Positions 49,562 to 58,096 of a stretch of 64,000 nucleotides of DNA are shown piece by piece. Where the stretch lies: assembly GCA_963668675.2 (NCBI GenBank), contig CAXXMB010000002.1:1344001-1408000 (forward strand), written 5' to 3'. How positions within the stretch are numbered: position 1 is the stretch's first letter; every line of letters starts with the position of its first letter. The stretch is from an uncultured Desulfatitalea sp. GTDB lineage: Bacteria; Desulfobacterota; Desulfobacteria; Desulfobacterales; Desulfosarcinaceae. The notes below the pieces were generated by a model. That model saw only the letters and a program-made list of their open reading frames with translations. It was not told the origin of the DNA and ran no database searches. The position numbers and the translations under genes are program-made.

Positions 49562-51790
49562 GTGTTCGAGCAAATCAAAAAGCGTGACGGACGAATTGTC
49601 GAATTTGATTCCACCAAGATCACCGCTGCCATCGCCAAAGCCGGCAAGGTGACCAGCGAATTCAGCGAACGCGAAGCCCGCAAGCTGACCTTGCGAGTGC
49701 TGACACTGGCGCACGAGATGCGGCTGGGCGAACAGCCCGAGGTGGAGGAGATACAGGATATTGTTGAGCATGTCCTGCTCGATTCGCCCTACCACGTCAC
49801 CGCCAAGGCGTATATCCTCTATCGCGAACAGCACGCCCAAATCCGGAGCATCGCCACCAAAGCCAATGTGGACCTGGTCGAACACTATATCCAGCGCCTG
49901 GATTGGAAAATAAAAGAAAACAGTAACATGTGCTACTCCTTGCAGGGGCTCAACAACTACATCTCGTCGGATGTCACCTCCGAATACTGGCTCAACCGGA
50001 TCTATCCCCCCGATATCCGCAACGCCCACAAAACGGGCGATCTGCATATCCACGACCTGAGCCTGCTCTCGGTCTACTGTGTCGGATGGGATCTGAAGGA
50101 TCTGCTGAAAAACGGTTTCAAAGGGGTCGAAGGCAAAGTGGAGAGTGCACCGCCCAAGCACCTGCGCTCCGCCCTGGGCCAGATCGTCAACTTCTTCTAC
50201 ACCCTTCAGGGCGAGGCGGCCGGCGCCCAGGCCCTTTCCAATTTCGACACCCTGTTGGCCCCCTTCATCCGTTATGACAATCTCTCTTACGAAAAGGTCA
50301 GGCAGGCCCTGCAGGAGTTCATCTTCAACATCAACATCCCCACACGGGTCGGATTTCAGACGCCGTTCACCAACATCACCATGGACCTTTACGTACCTTC
50401 CATTCTCAAAGACCAATCGGTCATTTTGGGCGGCAAGGAGATGGATACCACCTACGCCGAGTTCCAGCCTGAAATGGATACGCTCAACCGGGCCTTTGCC
50501 GAAGTGATGATGGCCGGCGACGCCAAAGGGAGGGTCTTCACCTTCCCCATCCCGACCTACAACATCACGCCGGACTTCGATTGGGACAACCCCAATCTCG
50601 ATATGGTGTGGCAGATGACTGCCAAGTATGGGATTCCCTACTTTTCCAATTTCGTCAACTCGGACATGTCGCCGGAAGACGCCCGCTCCATGTGCTGCAG
50701 ACTGCGCCTGGACAACCGGGAGCTGCTCAAACGCGGCGGTGGGCTGTTCGGCGCCAACCCCCTGACCGGATCGATCGGCGTGGTGACCATCAATCTGCCG
50801 CGCATCGGACACCAGGCCGAGGGTGAAAAGGACTTCTTCCAACGGCTGGAGCATCGCGTTCGCCAAGCCGTGGAGAGCCTGATCATAAAGCGCAAGGTGC
50901 TGGAAAAATTCACCGAACGAAACCTCTACCCCTACTCGCGCTTCTATCTGCGGGAGATCAAACAGGGCAGCGGCACCTTCTGGAAGAACCACTTCTCCAC
51001 CATCGGCATCATCGGCATGAACGAAGCCTGCCTCAATTTCATCCACAAGGACATCGGTACCATGGAGGGCCAGGCGTTCGCCCTCAAGGTGATGGATCAC
51101 CTGCGCAGCTTACTGGCCGAAGTTCAGGATGAAACCGGGGACATCTTCAACCTGGAGGCCACCCCGGCCGAGGGCACCGCATTCCGCCTTGCCATGCTCG
51201 ACAAGAAGAAGCACCCCGAAATCATCTGCTCCAACGAGGTGGAGTACGGCAAGGGTGCTGCCCCTTACTACACCAATTCAACCCAACTACCGGTCAACTA
51301 TACCGACGATCTTTACGAAACACTTCAACTGCAGGACCAGCTCCAGACCAAATACACCGGTGGAACCGTGCTGCATGTCTTTCTGGGTGAACAGCTCGGC
51401 GACATATCGGCTGTTAAAGCCCTGGTCCGAAAAATCGCAAACAACTATCACCTGCCTTACTTTACCTTAACGCCCACCTTCAGCATCTGCCCCTCCCATG
51501 GCTACCTGGCCGGCGAGCAGCAGCGCTGTTCCCATTGCAATCAGGAAACCGAAATCTACTCACGGGTGGTGGGCTACCTGCGACCGGTCAAACAGTGGAA
51601 CGACGGCAAGCAGGCCGAATATGCATTGCGCAAAACCTACCGGCCCGACTCCATAAATGAAGAGGTCACCGCCACCGTTATTACCCGTCAGGTGTCGTAT
51701 GGTGCGAAGGAAACGCTTCCTGAACCCTGCACGCCGGACGCAGGGGAGGCCATCGTTGCCGATCAGAAGACGGGCTCGGCTTGCCAATAG
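49562..51790 (+). CDS. nrdD: Class III anaerobic ribonucleoside-triphosphate reductase
   Basis: N-terminal ATP cone (IKKRDGRIVEFD), SMCCRL, EATPAEG, glycyl-radical motif YSRVVGYLRPV. Confidence 0.95.
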   Translation: MFEQIKKRDGRIVEFDSTKITAAIAKAGKVTSEFSEREARKLTLRVLTLAHEMRLGEQPEVEEIQDIVEHVLLDSPYHVTAKAYILYREQHAQIRSIATKANVDLVEHYIQRLDWKIKENSNMCYSLQGLNNYISSDVTSEYWLNRIYPPDIRNAHKTGDLHIHDLSLLSVYCVGWDLKDLLKNGFKGVEGKVESAPPKHLRSALGQIVNFFYTLQGEAAGAQALSNFDTLLAPFIRYDNLSYEKVRQALQEFIFNINIPTRVGFQTPFTNITMDLYVPSILKDQSVILGGKEMDTTYAEFQPEMDTLNRAFAEVMMAGDAKGRVFTFPIPTYNITPDFDWDNPNLDMVWQMTAKYGIPYFSNFVNSDMSPEDARSMCCRLRLDNRELLKRGGGLFGANPLTGSIGVVTINLPRIGHQAEGEKDFFQRLEHRVRQAVESLIIKRKVLEKFTERNLYPYSRFYLREIKQGSGTFWKNHFSTIGIIGMNEACLNFIHKDIGTMEGQAFALKVMDHLRSLLAEVQDETGDIFNLEATPAEGTAFRLAMLDKKKHPEIICSNEVEYGKGAAPYYTNSTQLPVNYTDDLYETLQLQDQLQTKYTGGTVLHVFLGEQLGDISAVKALVRKIANNYHLPYFTLTPTFSICPSHGYLAGEQQRCSHCNQETEIYSRVVGYLRPVKQWNDGKQAEYALRKTYRPDSINEEVTATVITRQVSYGAKETLPEPCTPDAGEAIVADQKTGSACQ

Positions 51791-51845
51791 AGATGCCGCA
51801 TCTCCAAGCCAAAGGCCCCTCTTTTACCCATAGATCTGATCTGCC

Positions 51846-52547
51846 ATGATCCTGGCCGGCCTGCATAAAACCTCACTGATCGACTTTCCCGGCAGGGTCA
51901 GTTGTGTCGTTTTTTTGACCGGATGCAACTTCACCTGCCCCTTCTGCCACAACTCGGAACTGGCCAGGGGCACCTACCCCCAGAAAATACCCCTGGCCCA
52001 GTTTATCGCGTTTATGACACCCCGCAGAAAACTGCTCGATGGTGTGGTCATCACCGGCGGAGAGCCGACCCTTAACCCCAGGTTGACGGAGCTGTGCCGT
52101 GCCATCCGAGACGCCGGTCTCAGCATCAAGCTCGACACCAACGGAAGCCGGCCCAACGTGCTCGAGCAACTGTTCAAAGATCGGCTCGTCGATTATGTGG
52201 CCATGGACATCAAAACGCCTCTGGCCGAATACCACCCCCTGCTGACGAAAAGAGAGATGGTCGCCACGCTCGAAAGCAGCATCCGGCTGATCATGGAAAA
52301 GGCACCGGACTATGAATTCCGCACCACCTGTGTAAGCCCCTTTGTCGACGGCCGTAAAATCATAGATATGGCCCACACCATCGCCGGGGCCCGCCGATAT
52401 GTGCTGCAACCCTTCAAAGCGGCCAACATGCTTCAAGCGGATTTTTTCGAAAACCAAACCCCCGAAATATCACGCCGCGAAATCGATCGCTTTAGAAAAG
52501 CATCAACCCCACTGGTGCGGGAGTGCCTGATCCGCAACGAGATTTGA
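51846..52547 (+). CDS. nrdG: Anaerobic RNR activating radical SAM protein
   Basis: GCNFTCPFCHN, VITGGEPT, KLDTNGS; directly after nrdD. Confidence 0.92.
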   Translation: MILAGLHKTSLIDFPGRVSCVVFLTGCNFTCPFCHNSELARGTYPQKIPLAQFIAFMTPRRKLLDGVVITGGEPTLNPRLTELCRAIRDAGLSIKLDTNGSRPNVLEQLFKDRLVDYVAMDIKTPLAEYHPLLTKREMVATLESSIRLIMEKAPDYEFRTTCVSPFVDGRKIIDMAHTIAGARRYVLQPFKAANMLQADFFENQTPEISRREIDRFRKASTPLVRECLIRNEI

Positions 52548-52603
52548 CCGTATCACATTTTCTAATTATATATTCATCGACTGTATGCCATTCATTATTT
52601 GTC

Positions 52604-52632
52604 TTGACATCAGTATGCCGCTTTTTTATGGT
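52604..52632 (+). promoter_or_regulatory. Candidate sigma-70 promoter for prpE
   Basis: TTGACA-17 nt-TATGGT. Confidence 0.5.
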
Positions 52633-52774
52633 CGAAGAATAGTGGGCATGACCGCTTCTCATCTTCGATAACCCCTGCTGCAAAACATAGGTCCATGCCC
52701 CCAGCAAGAGCATCACAGGTCCGCAGAAAACGGTCAAACAACCAATACCAATCCACAGCATAGAGGAGGCCGAC

Positions 52775-54682
52775 ATGACCAACGCGTATGATCTGGCTTT
52801 TGAGCGTTCCATCAACGATCCGGAGGGCTACTGGGGTGAGGCGGCAGAGGATATCGTATGGATCAAACGATGGGATAAGGTGCTCGACGGCAGCAACCTT
52901 CCCTTTTACCGGTGGTTTGTGGGCGGCATGCTCAACACCTGTTACAATGCCGTGGACCATCATGTGGCCAGCGGAAGAGGAGACCAACCGGCCATCATCT
53001 ATGACAGCCCGGTCACCGACACCATCAGAACCATCACCTACAACCAACTGCAGGAGGAGACCTCAACCTTTGCCGGCGTCTTGAAAGCCCAGGGCGTAGA
53101 AAAGGGTGACCGCGTCATTATCTATATGCCCATGATCCCCGAAGCGGCCATCGCCATGCTGGCATGCGCCCGCATCGGCGCCGTCCATTCGGTCGTTTTC
53201 GGCGGTTTTGCCGCCAACGAACTGGCCACACGTATCGACGACGCCAAACCCAAAGTGATCGTTTCAGCCTCGTGCGGTATCGAGGTCCAACGGGTGATTC
53301 CCTATAAACCGCTGCTGGACGGCGCCATCGATCTGGCCAAATCCAAACCCCAGAAGTGCATCATCCTGCAGCGCCCCATGAGCCCAAGCGAATTGACTCC
53401 CGGTCGCGATCTGAGCTGGCAGGAGGCCATGGCCTCGGCCAAACCGGCCGATTGCGTGCCCGTCGCCGCCACAGACCCCCTGTATATCCTCTATACATCG
53501 GGAACAACCGGCCAACCCAAAGGCGTGGTTCGGGACAACGGCGGACATGCAGTGGCTCTGAAATGGAGCATGAAAAGCATCTACAACGTCGACGCCGGAG
53601 AGGTCTACTGGGCCGCTTCTGACGTGGGCTGGGTCGTGGGTCACTCCTACATCGTCTACGCCCCCCTGCTCAAAGGCTGCACCACCATTCTCTTCGAAGG
53701 CAAGCCGGTGGGCACACCCGACGCCGGCGTGTTCTGGCGGGTCATCGCTCAGCACAAGGTCAGCACGATGTTCACCGCGCCCACCGCCTTCAGGGCCATC
53801 AAGCGCGAAGACCCCAACGGCGACCTGATGAAAAATTATGACCTCTCCAATTTCCGTGCTCTCTTCCTGGCCGGCGAACGGCTCGACCCCGACACCCTGA
53901 AGTGGGCGCGTAACCATCTGGGCGTCCCGGTGATCGATCACTGGTGGCAGACCGAAACCGGCTGGGCCATCTGCGCCAATGCACTGGGCCTGCACGCCTT
54001 CGAAGTCAAGGAGGGCTCACCGACCAAACCGGCCCCAGGCTGGAACCTGCAGGTATTGGACCCTGAGACCAAACAGCCTGTAGCAGCCGGTGAGATCGGC
54101 GCATTGGTGGTCAAGCTGCCCCTGCCGCCGGGCACCCTGCCGACATTATGGAACAACGATGCCCGATATGTGGAATCCTATCTGGAGGAGTTCGAGGGCT
54201 ACTACAAGACCGCCGACGCCGGATTTATCGATGCGGACGGCTATGCCTATGTCATGTCGCGCACCGACGACATTATCAATGTCGCTGGTCACCGCCTCTC
54301 CACAGGTGCCATGGAGGAGGTGCTCTCCGACCATCCCGATGTGGCCGAGTGCGCCGTATTGGGGGTCGCTGACAACCTCAAAGGCCAAGTCCCGGTGGGC
54401 TTTCTGGTGCTCAAAGCCGGCGTCGAAAGGCCTCAAGCAGAGATCATCGGCGAGGTGGTACAAATGGTCCGCGATCGCATCGGACCGGTGGCCTCATTTA
54501 AAAAAGCCACCATCGTCAAACGCCTTCCCAAGACCCGCTCCGGAAAAATCCTGCGCGGCACCATCCAGAAAATCGCCGACAACAAAGAGTATAAAACCCC
54601 GGCCACCATCGATGATCCGGCCATTCTGGGAGAGATCGAAGAGGCGCTGAACACTATCGGCCTGGCGGGGTCCAGAGACTGA
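52775..54682 (+). CDS. prpE: Propionyl-CoA synthetase (acetate/propionate CoA ligase family)
   Basis: YILYTSGTTGQPKGVVRDNGGH, DHWWQTETG, RTDDIINVAGHRLSTG, PKTRSGKILR; GGAGG RBS. Confidence 0.88.
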   Translation: MTNAYDLAFERSINDPEGYWGEAAEDIVWIKRWDKVLDGSNLPFYRWFVGGMLNTCYNAVDHHVASGRGDQPAIIYDSPVTDTIRTITYNQLQEETSTFAGVLKAQGVEKGDRVIIYMPMIPEAAIAMLACARIGAVHSVVFGGFAANELATRIDDAKPKVIVSASCGIEVQRVIPYKPLLDGAIDLAKSKPQKCIILQRPMSPSELTPGRDLSWQEAMASAKPADCVPVAATDPLYILYTSGTTGQPKGVVRDNGGHAVALKWSMKSIYNVDAGEVYWAASDVGWVVGHSYIVYAPLLKGCTTILFEGKPVGTPDAGVFWRVIAQHKVSTMFTAPTAFRAIKREDPNGDLMKNYDLSNFRALFLAGERLDPDTLKWARNHLGVPVIDHWWQTETGWAICANALGLHAFEVKEGSPTKPAPGWNLQVLDPETKQPVAAGEIGALVVKLPLPPGTLPTLWNNDARYVESYLEEFEGYYKTADAGFIDADGYAYVMSRTDDIINVAGHRLSTGAMEEVLSDHPDVAECAVLGVADNLKGQVPVGFLVLKAGVERPQAEIIGEVVQMVRDRIGPVASFKKATIVKRLPKTRSGKILRGTIQKIADNKEYKTPATIDDPAILGEIEEALNTIGLAGSRD

Positions 54683-54710
54683 TCATAGAGAGTGTTGATT
54701 AAAACACGAG

Positions 54711-54739
54711 GGGAGGCGTAAATCGCCTCCCTTTTCTTT
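54711..54739 (+). terminator. Intrinsic terminator after prpE
   Basis: gggaggcg-taaat-cgcctccc followed by ttttcttt. Confidence 0.85.
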
Positions 54740-54984
54740 ATATCAGCTTAACCCGTTCAACTGCCCACCCCTTGTCGTCAATATGATTGGCTCAAACGGA
54801 TGTTACGGCGGGCATTACGCCCACTCCCTGCAAGGTTCGGGTAGGAATAGACCAAAGATAGTAGACAACCAATGGAGGGGTATGGGCCAAGCCAGCTATT
54901 TCAGCCGTTAGGACCAGGACTAATTCAATTCGGCTGCAGGCAATACCCAACTGAATCGACTGCCACTCAACTTGATCCAACCCA

Positions 54985-56625
54985 CTAAACAGAAGGACAA
55001 ATCGATTCAATCTGAAGTCGCTCATATGCATCGCTTGGTGCAAAGCAAAATGGATCTCTTGCCTTAAAAGGATCTAGGCCGAGACTATAGGTAACCGCCA
55101 GACATCCTCTGCAAACCGTTGAGAGGCGGCAGTCCGCGCACGCTTCGCCACCGCTTCGGTATCGCCTGGCCGCTTCGCTCTCATAAATCTCCAGCAGCCC
55201 GCTCTGCCGGATGTTTCCTATGGGTGAGGGGAACTTTCGACAGGCATGCACTTCACCATCTGAAAGCAGGGCGATAAAGTTGAACGCGGCACCGCAACCA
55301 TATCCGGTGCAACCGCCGAACAGGGGCATCCCCTTCTCTTCACGAATGATGTTGATCAAATTATCCTTCAGTCCCAACATAGGGTTCTTTTCAGCCTCTT
55401 GCGTATAGGACCTTAAGAAAGATTCGAATTGATCTCTGGTCGGCATCGACAAGTGCGCCCCCTCGCCCACTGCCGAAAGACGATTGAAATTGAAGGCATC
55501 GGCCCGATTCCCAAGCATGGCCGCCAGAGGCAGCACCTGATCCATATTGTCGCGCGTCAGGGTGAGCATCACCATACTGTATACATCCAGATCCTTCAGC
55601 AGGTCTAAAAAGCGCAACGATCTCTCAAAATGCCCTCTCCCGCGGATGTCATCGTTGTGATCTGCCAAGCCTTCCAGACTGATCTGGTAGTAGGAAGGTT
55701 TGGCGATATCAAAGAGAGGCGCCAGTTGTTCCCTGGATGCCGGATTGCCAAGAATGGCAAGTCCGAAGCCATAGTCGGCGGCCGCCTTGTAAATCTCGGG
55801 GAAGTAAGGGTAGAGCAGTGGATTGCCTCCGGTGAAGGTGACATGCCCGGCGACATGCATATTGCGGCAAAAGGCATAGAAGTCGTCGAGTACCCCCATG
55901 GCTGAATCGAGAGGCATTGACGGGCGTGAGCTGCGGTCGTAGCAGTGTTTGCAGTGCAGGTCGCACGCCTGGGTGATGTGCCATTGAAGGGTGAACGTCT
56001 CTGTCGAAACATACGGGGCCAAATCCTGCGGCAGGGGTGTTCTCGATTGGGGCAAGCGGGTAATACGCGATTCTGGCGCCAGCAGGAGGCCTTTTGAAAC
56101 GGCCCGATCGAGACTCGCCTGGATCTCCCCAACGGTCACATGACCGACAGCAGCAGCCTCGCGGGGTTCAACCTGTTCGACAGCTATCTTCACCGCCAAC
56201 AGATCGATATCGCCGGCCTCGCGAAGATGAATCTCCCCGGTGTGCGGATGTCGCCATATCAAGACATGAACAGGTGCCCTTTCCGGGAGTGGGCAGTTGT
56301 CCTGTAAACCAACCTCTATCAATGCCGCCAGATGTCGCCACGACACGGGGTAGATCCCCAAAGTAGGATTGACGACAATGGCCTCACCGGGCGATTCGAT
56401 CGGTGTCATGTCCATTTGTGCCTGATAACGAAGCCACTCGAGACGCGCCATATCGGGCATAAAATCAGGCAGATTCCATTTTTCTGCCAGAGATTGCAGC
56501 AGTTCAGGGAAACAGAAAGGATCTGACTTCTGATCCAATGCCGACCGTACCCTTCCCCAGGTGTGGATACCAAGGGTACGGCAGCAATTGGAATAGATCG
56601 TTTCGTATTGGTCCGTGATTCCCAC
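54985..56625 (-). CDS. sbtM: Radical SAM/SPASM peptide maturase, SbtM-like (selenobiotic / thio(seleno)oxazole RiPP family)
   Basis: About 200-aa N-terminal extension; FTLQWHITQACDLHCKHCYDRS; SPASM-type GCTGYGCGAAF...ACRKFPSPIGN...CADC...CRGC...DPFC; adjacent to a UGA-containing precursor. Confidence 0.85.
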   Translation of the reverse strand: MGITDQYETIYSNCCRTLGIHTWGRVRSALDQKSDPFCFPELLQSLAEKWNLPDFMPDMARLEWLRYQAQMDMTPIESPGEAIVVNPTLGIYPVSWRHLAALIEVGLQDNCPLPERAPVHVLIWRHPHTGEIHLREAGDIDLLAVKIAVEQVEPREAAAVGHVTVGEIQASLDRAVSKGLLLAPESRITRLPQSRTPLPQDLAPYVSTETFTLQWHITQACDLHCKHCYDRSSRPSMPLDSAMGVLDDFYAFCRNMHVAGHVTFTGGNPLLYPYFPEIYKAAADYGFGLAILGNPASREQLAPLFDIAKPSYYQISLEGLADHNDDIRGRGHFERSLRFLDLLKDLDVYSMVMLTLTRDNMDQVLPLAAMLGNRADAFNFNRLSAVGEGAHLSMPTRDQFESFLRSYTQEAEKNPMLGLKDNLINIIREEKGMPLFGGCTGYGCGAAFNFIALLSDGEVHACRKFPSPIGNIRQSGLLEIYESEAARRYRSGGEACADCRLSTVCRGCLAVTYSLGLDPFKARDPFCFAPSDAYERLQIESICPSV

Positions 56626-56675
56626 GATTACCCTTTATGAACATTAAAGCATGTGCGCAAACTGCGCACCGACGA

Positions 56676-56903
56676 TCAGCTTCAGCCACTCTTCCCGGGC
56701 TGTTTCTGTTCAGCCTCTTTTTCGGTGCCGCCGGCACCGGTGGTGTTGCCACTTCACCCGCTTTTGGAGCTACCTGCTCCAGGCTTGTCGCCACTTCAAG
56801 CGCTTTTGCCGCCTGAACAGGCACTGAGGGCGAAGGTGGACCCGGCGATCAGGCTGGCCATGCAAAAGCCGGCCAGAATCTTTTTAAGATCGCTACCATC
56901 CAT
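56676..56903 (-). CDS. sbtA: SbtA-like RiPP precursor with three predicted selenocysteines (75 aa; not in ORF track)
   Basis: AGGAGG RBS; MDGSDLKKILAGFCMASLIAGSTFALSACSGGKSA-U-SGDKPGAGSSKSG-U-SGNTTGAGGTEKEAEQKQPGKSG-U-S-stop; hairpin after each UGA. Confidence 0.85.
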
Positions 56904-57442
56904 GATAACCTCCTACCGGTTAAGGGTGTATCTCAAATGACCCCTGGGGTGGCCGTGTCGAATAAGCTGTGTAAAAACGCAATATTCAGGTGCCCGTTCC
57001 AACTTACCGGGGAGCTGGGCAATGCTCTGTCTGATAAACATCTGCCAAATTAGCCTGTGTGAACGGTGCATTAGAGCGAAACTACGAGGAGAAAAACAGA
57101 GAAGCCATTGGAAATTTCAATTGCTTGCGCCTTTGCATATTTTAAAAATATATCAAGCGCCCCTCCCCCTTGTCAATACGCTGCACAAACGGTAGGGCAT
57201 TTTAGCATATATGACGGCCATCGATTTGACGCTGCTTCTCTTCTTAAGCGCATCGCTGCTGATGTTCGCCTGTTTTGTAACCGAGGCTTTGGGGACGACG
57301 ATGATCTCCCTGGACGGGTCGAGCTGCATACGGGTGATCGCACCACTGACGAATGCATGCGGGGCCATTGATACGCTACCGCCTGCGCCTTGTCACCCTG
57401 CGCTGACAAGGCGCCTTGGAGGCGATCCGGTAGAGGCCACTG

Positions 57443-58096
57443 TCAGCTCTCGACAGAGGTCAATCCCTCCCGAATGGCAAATTTGGTGAGCCCGGCCACA
57501 CTCTTGATATTGAGCTTTTCCATAATCTTGCTTCTTCGGGCCTCGACGGTCTTCACGCTGATGTGTAGATTTTCAGCAATATCTCTGGTTTTCTTGCCCT
57601 CGGAAATCAACTGAAGCACCTCCCGCTCCTTATCGGTGAGCAGTTCGACGGTGCTGGAAGCATCCGAGTCCATCATCTTCACAAACTCTTTCCTCACAAT
57701 TTCAGACACCTTCGGGCTCAGATAGGTCTGGTTGCGCATCACGGTCAGGATGGCTTTGGACAACTCTTCAAAGGCGCAATTTTTCAGCAGATAGCCAGAG
57801 ACGCCGGCCTGCAGCATACCCTTCACATAGCTGCGATCCGAGTACATGGAGAGGGCGATGATTTTGGTTTGAGGCAGTTCGGAGAGTATCTGTCTGGAGG
57901 CGTCGACACCGTTCAATTCCGGCATGTTAATATCCATAACCACCACATCGGGCTGGTGCTTGCGGGCCAGATTCACAGCCGCACGTCCGTTCTCGGCCTC
58001 GGCGATCACCTCGAAATGGTCCTTTTTATTGAGCAGCACTTTGAGGCCTTCCCGCGTAATACTATGGTCATCAGCGATTAAAATGCGAGTGCTCAT
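57443..58096 (-). CDS. NarL/LuxR-family response regulator
   Basis: ILIADDH, MDINMP, LTDKEREVLQLISEG...ISVKTVE. Confidence 0.95.
   Translation of the reverse strand: MSTRILIADDHSITREGLKVLLNKKDHFEVIAEAENGRAAVNLARKHQPDVVVMDINMPELNGVDASRQILSELPQTKIIALSMYSDRSYVKGMLQAGVSGYLLKNCAFEELSKAILTVMRNQTYLSPKVSEIVRKEFVKMMDSDASSTVELLTDKEREVLQLISEGKKTRDIAENLHISVKTVEARRSKIMEKLNIKSVAGLTKFAIREGLTSVES

Noticed and set aside
46716..51100. Long ORFs 46716-48350 (+) and 49442-51100 (-)
   Set aside because: Antisense shadows of nrdJ and nrdD with no recognisable motifs
56504..56940. ORF-track entries 56504-56824 (-) and 56653-56940 (+) as the gene upstream of the radical SAM
   Set aside because: Alternate or antisense frames with no RBS; the frame from ATG 56903 has AGGAGG, a recognisable leader and repeated motifs
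56978..56996. Sigma-54 promoter for sbtA (GGGCACCTGAATATTGC, minus strand)
   Set aside because: GG-to-GC spacing is 12 nt rather than the required 10
57108..57489. Short ORFs between sbtA and the NarL regulator
   Set aside because: No convincing RBS or motif; the longest overlaps the regulator's 3' end; cannot be supported
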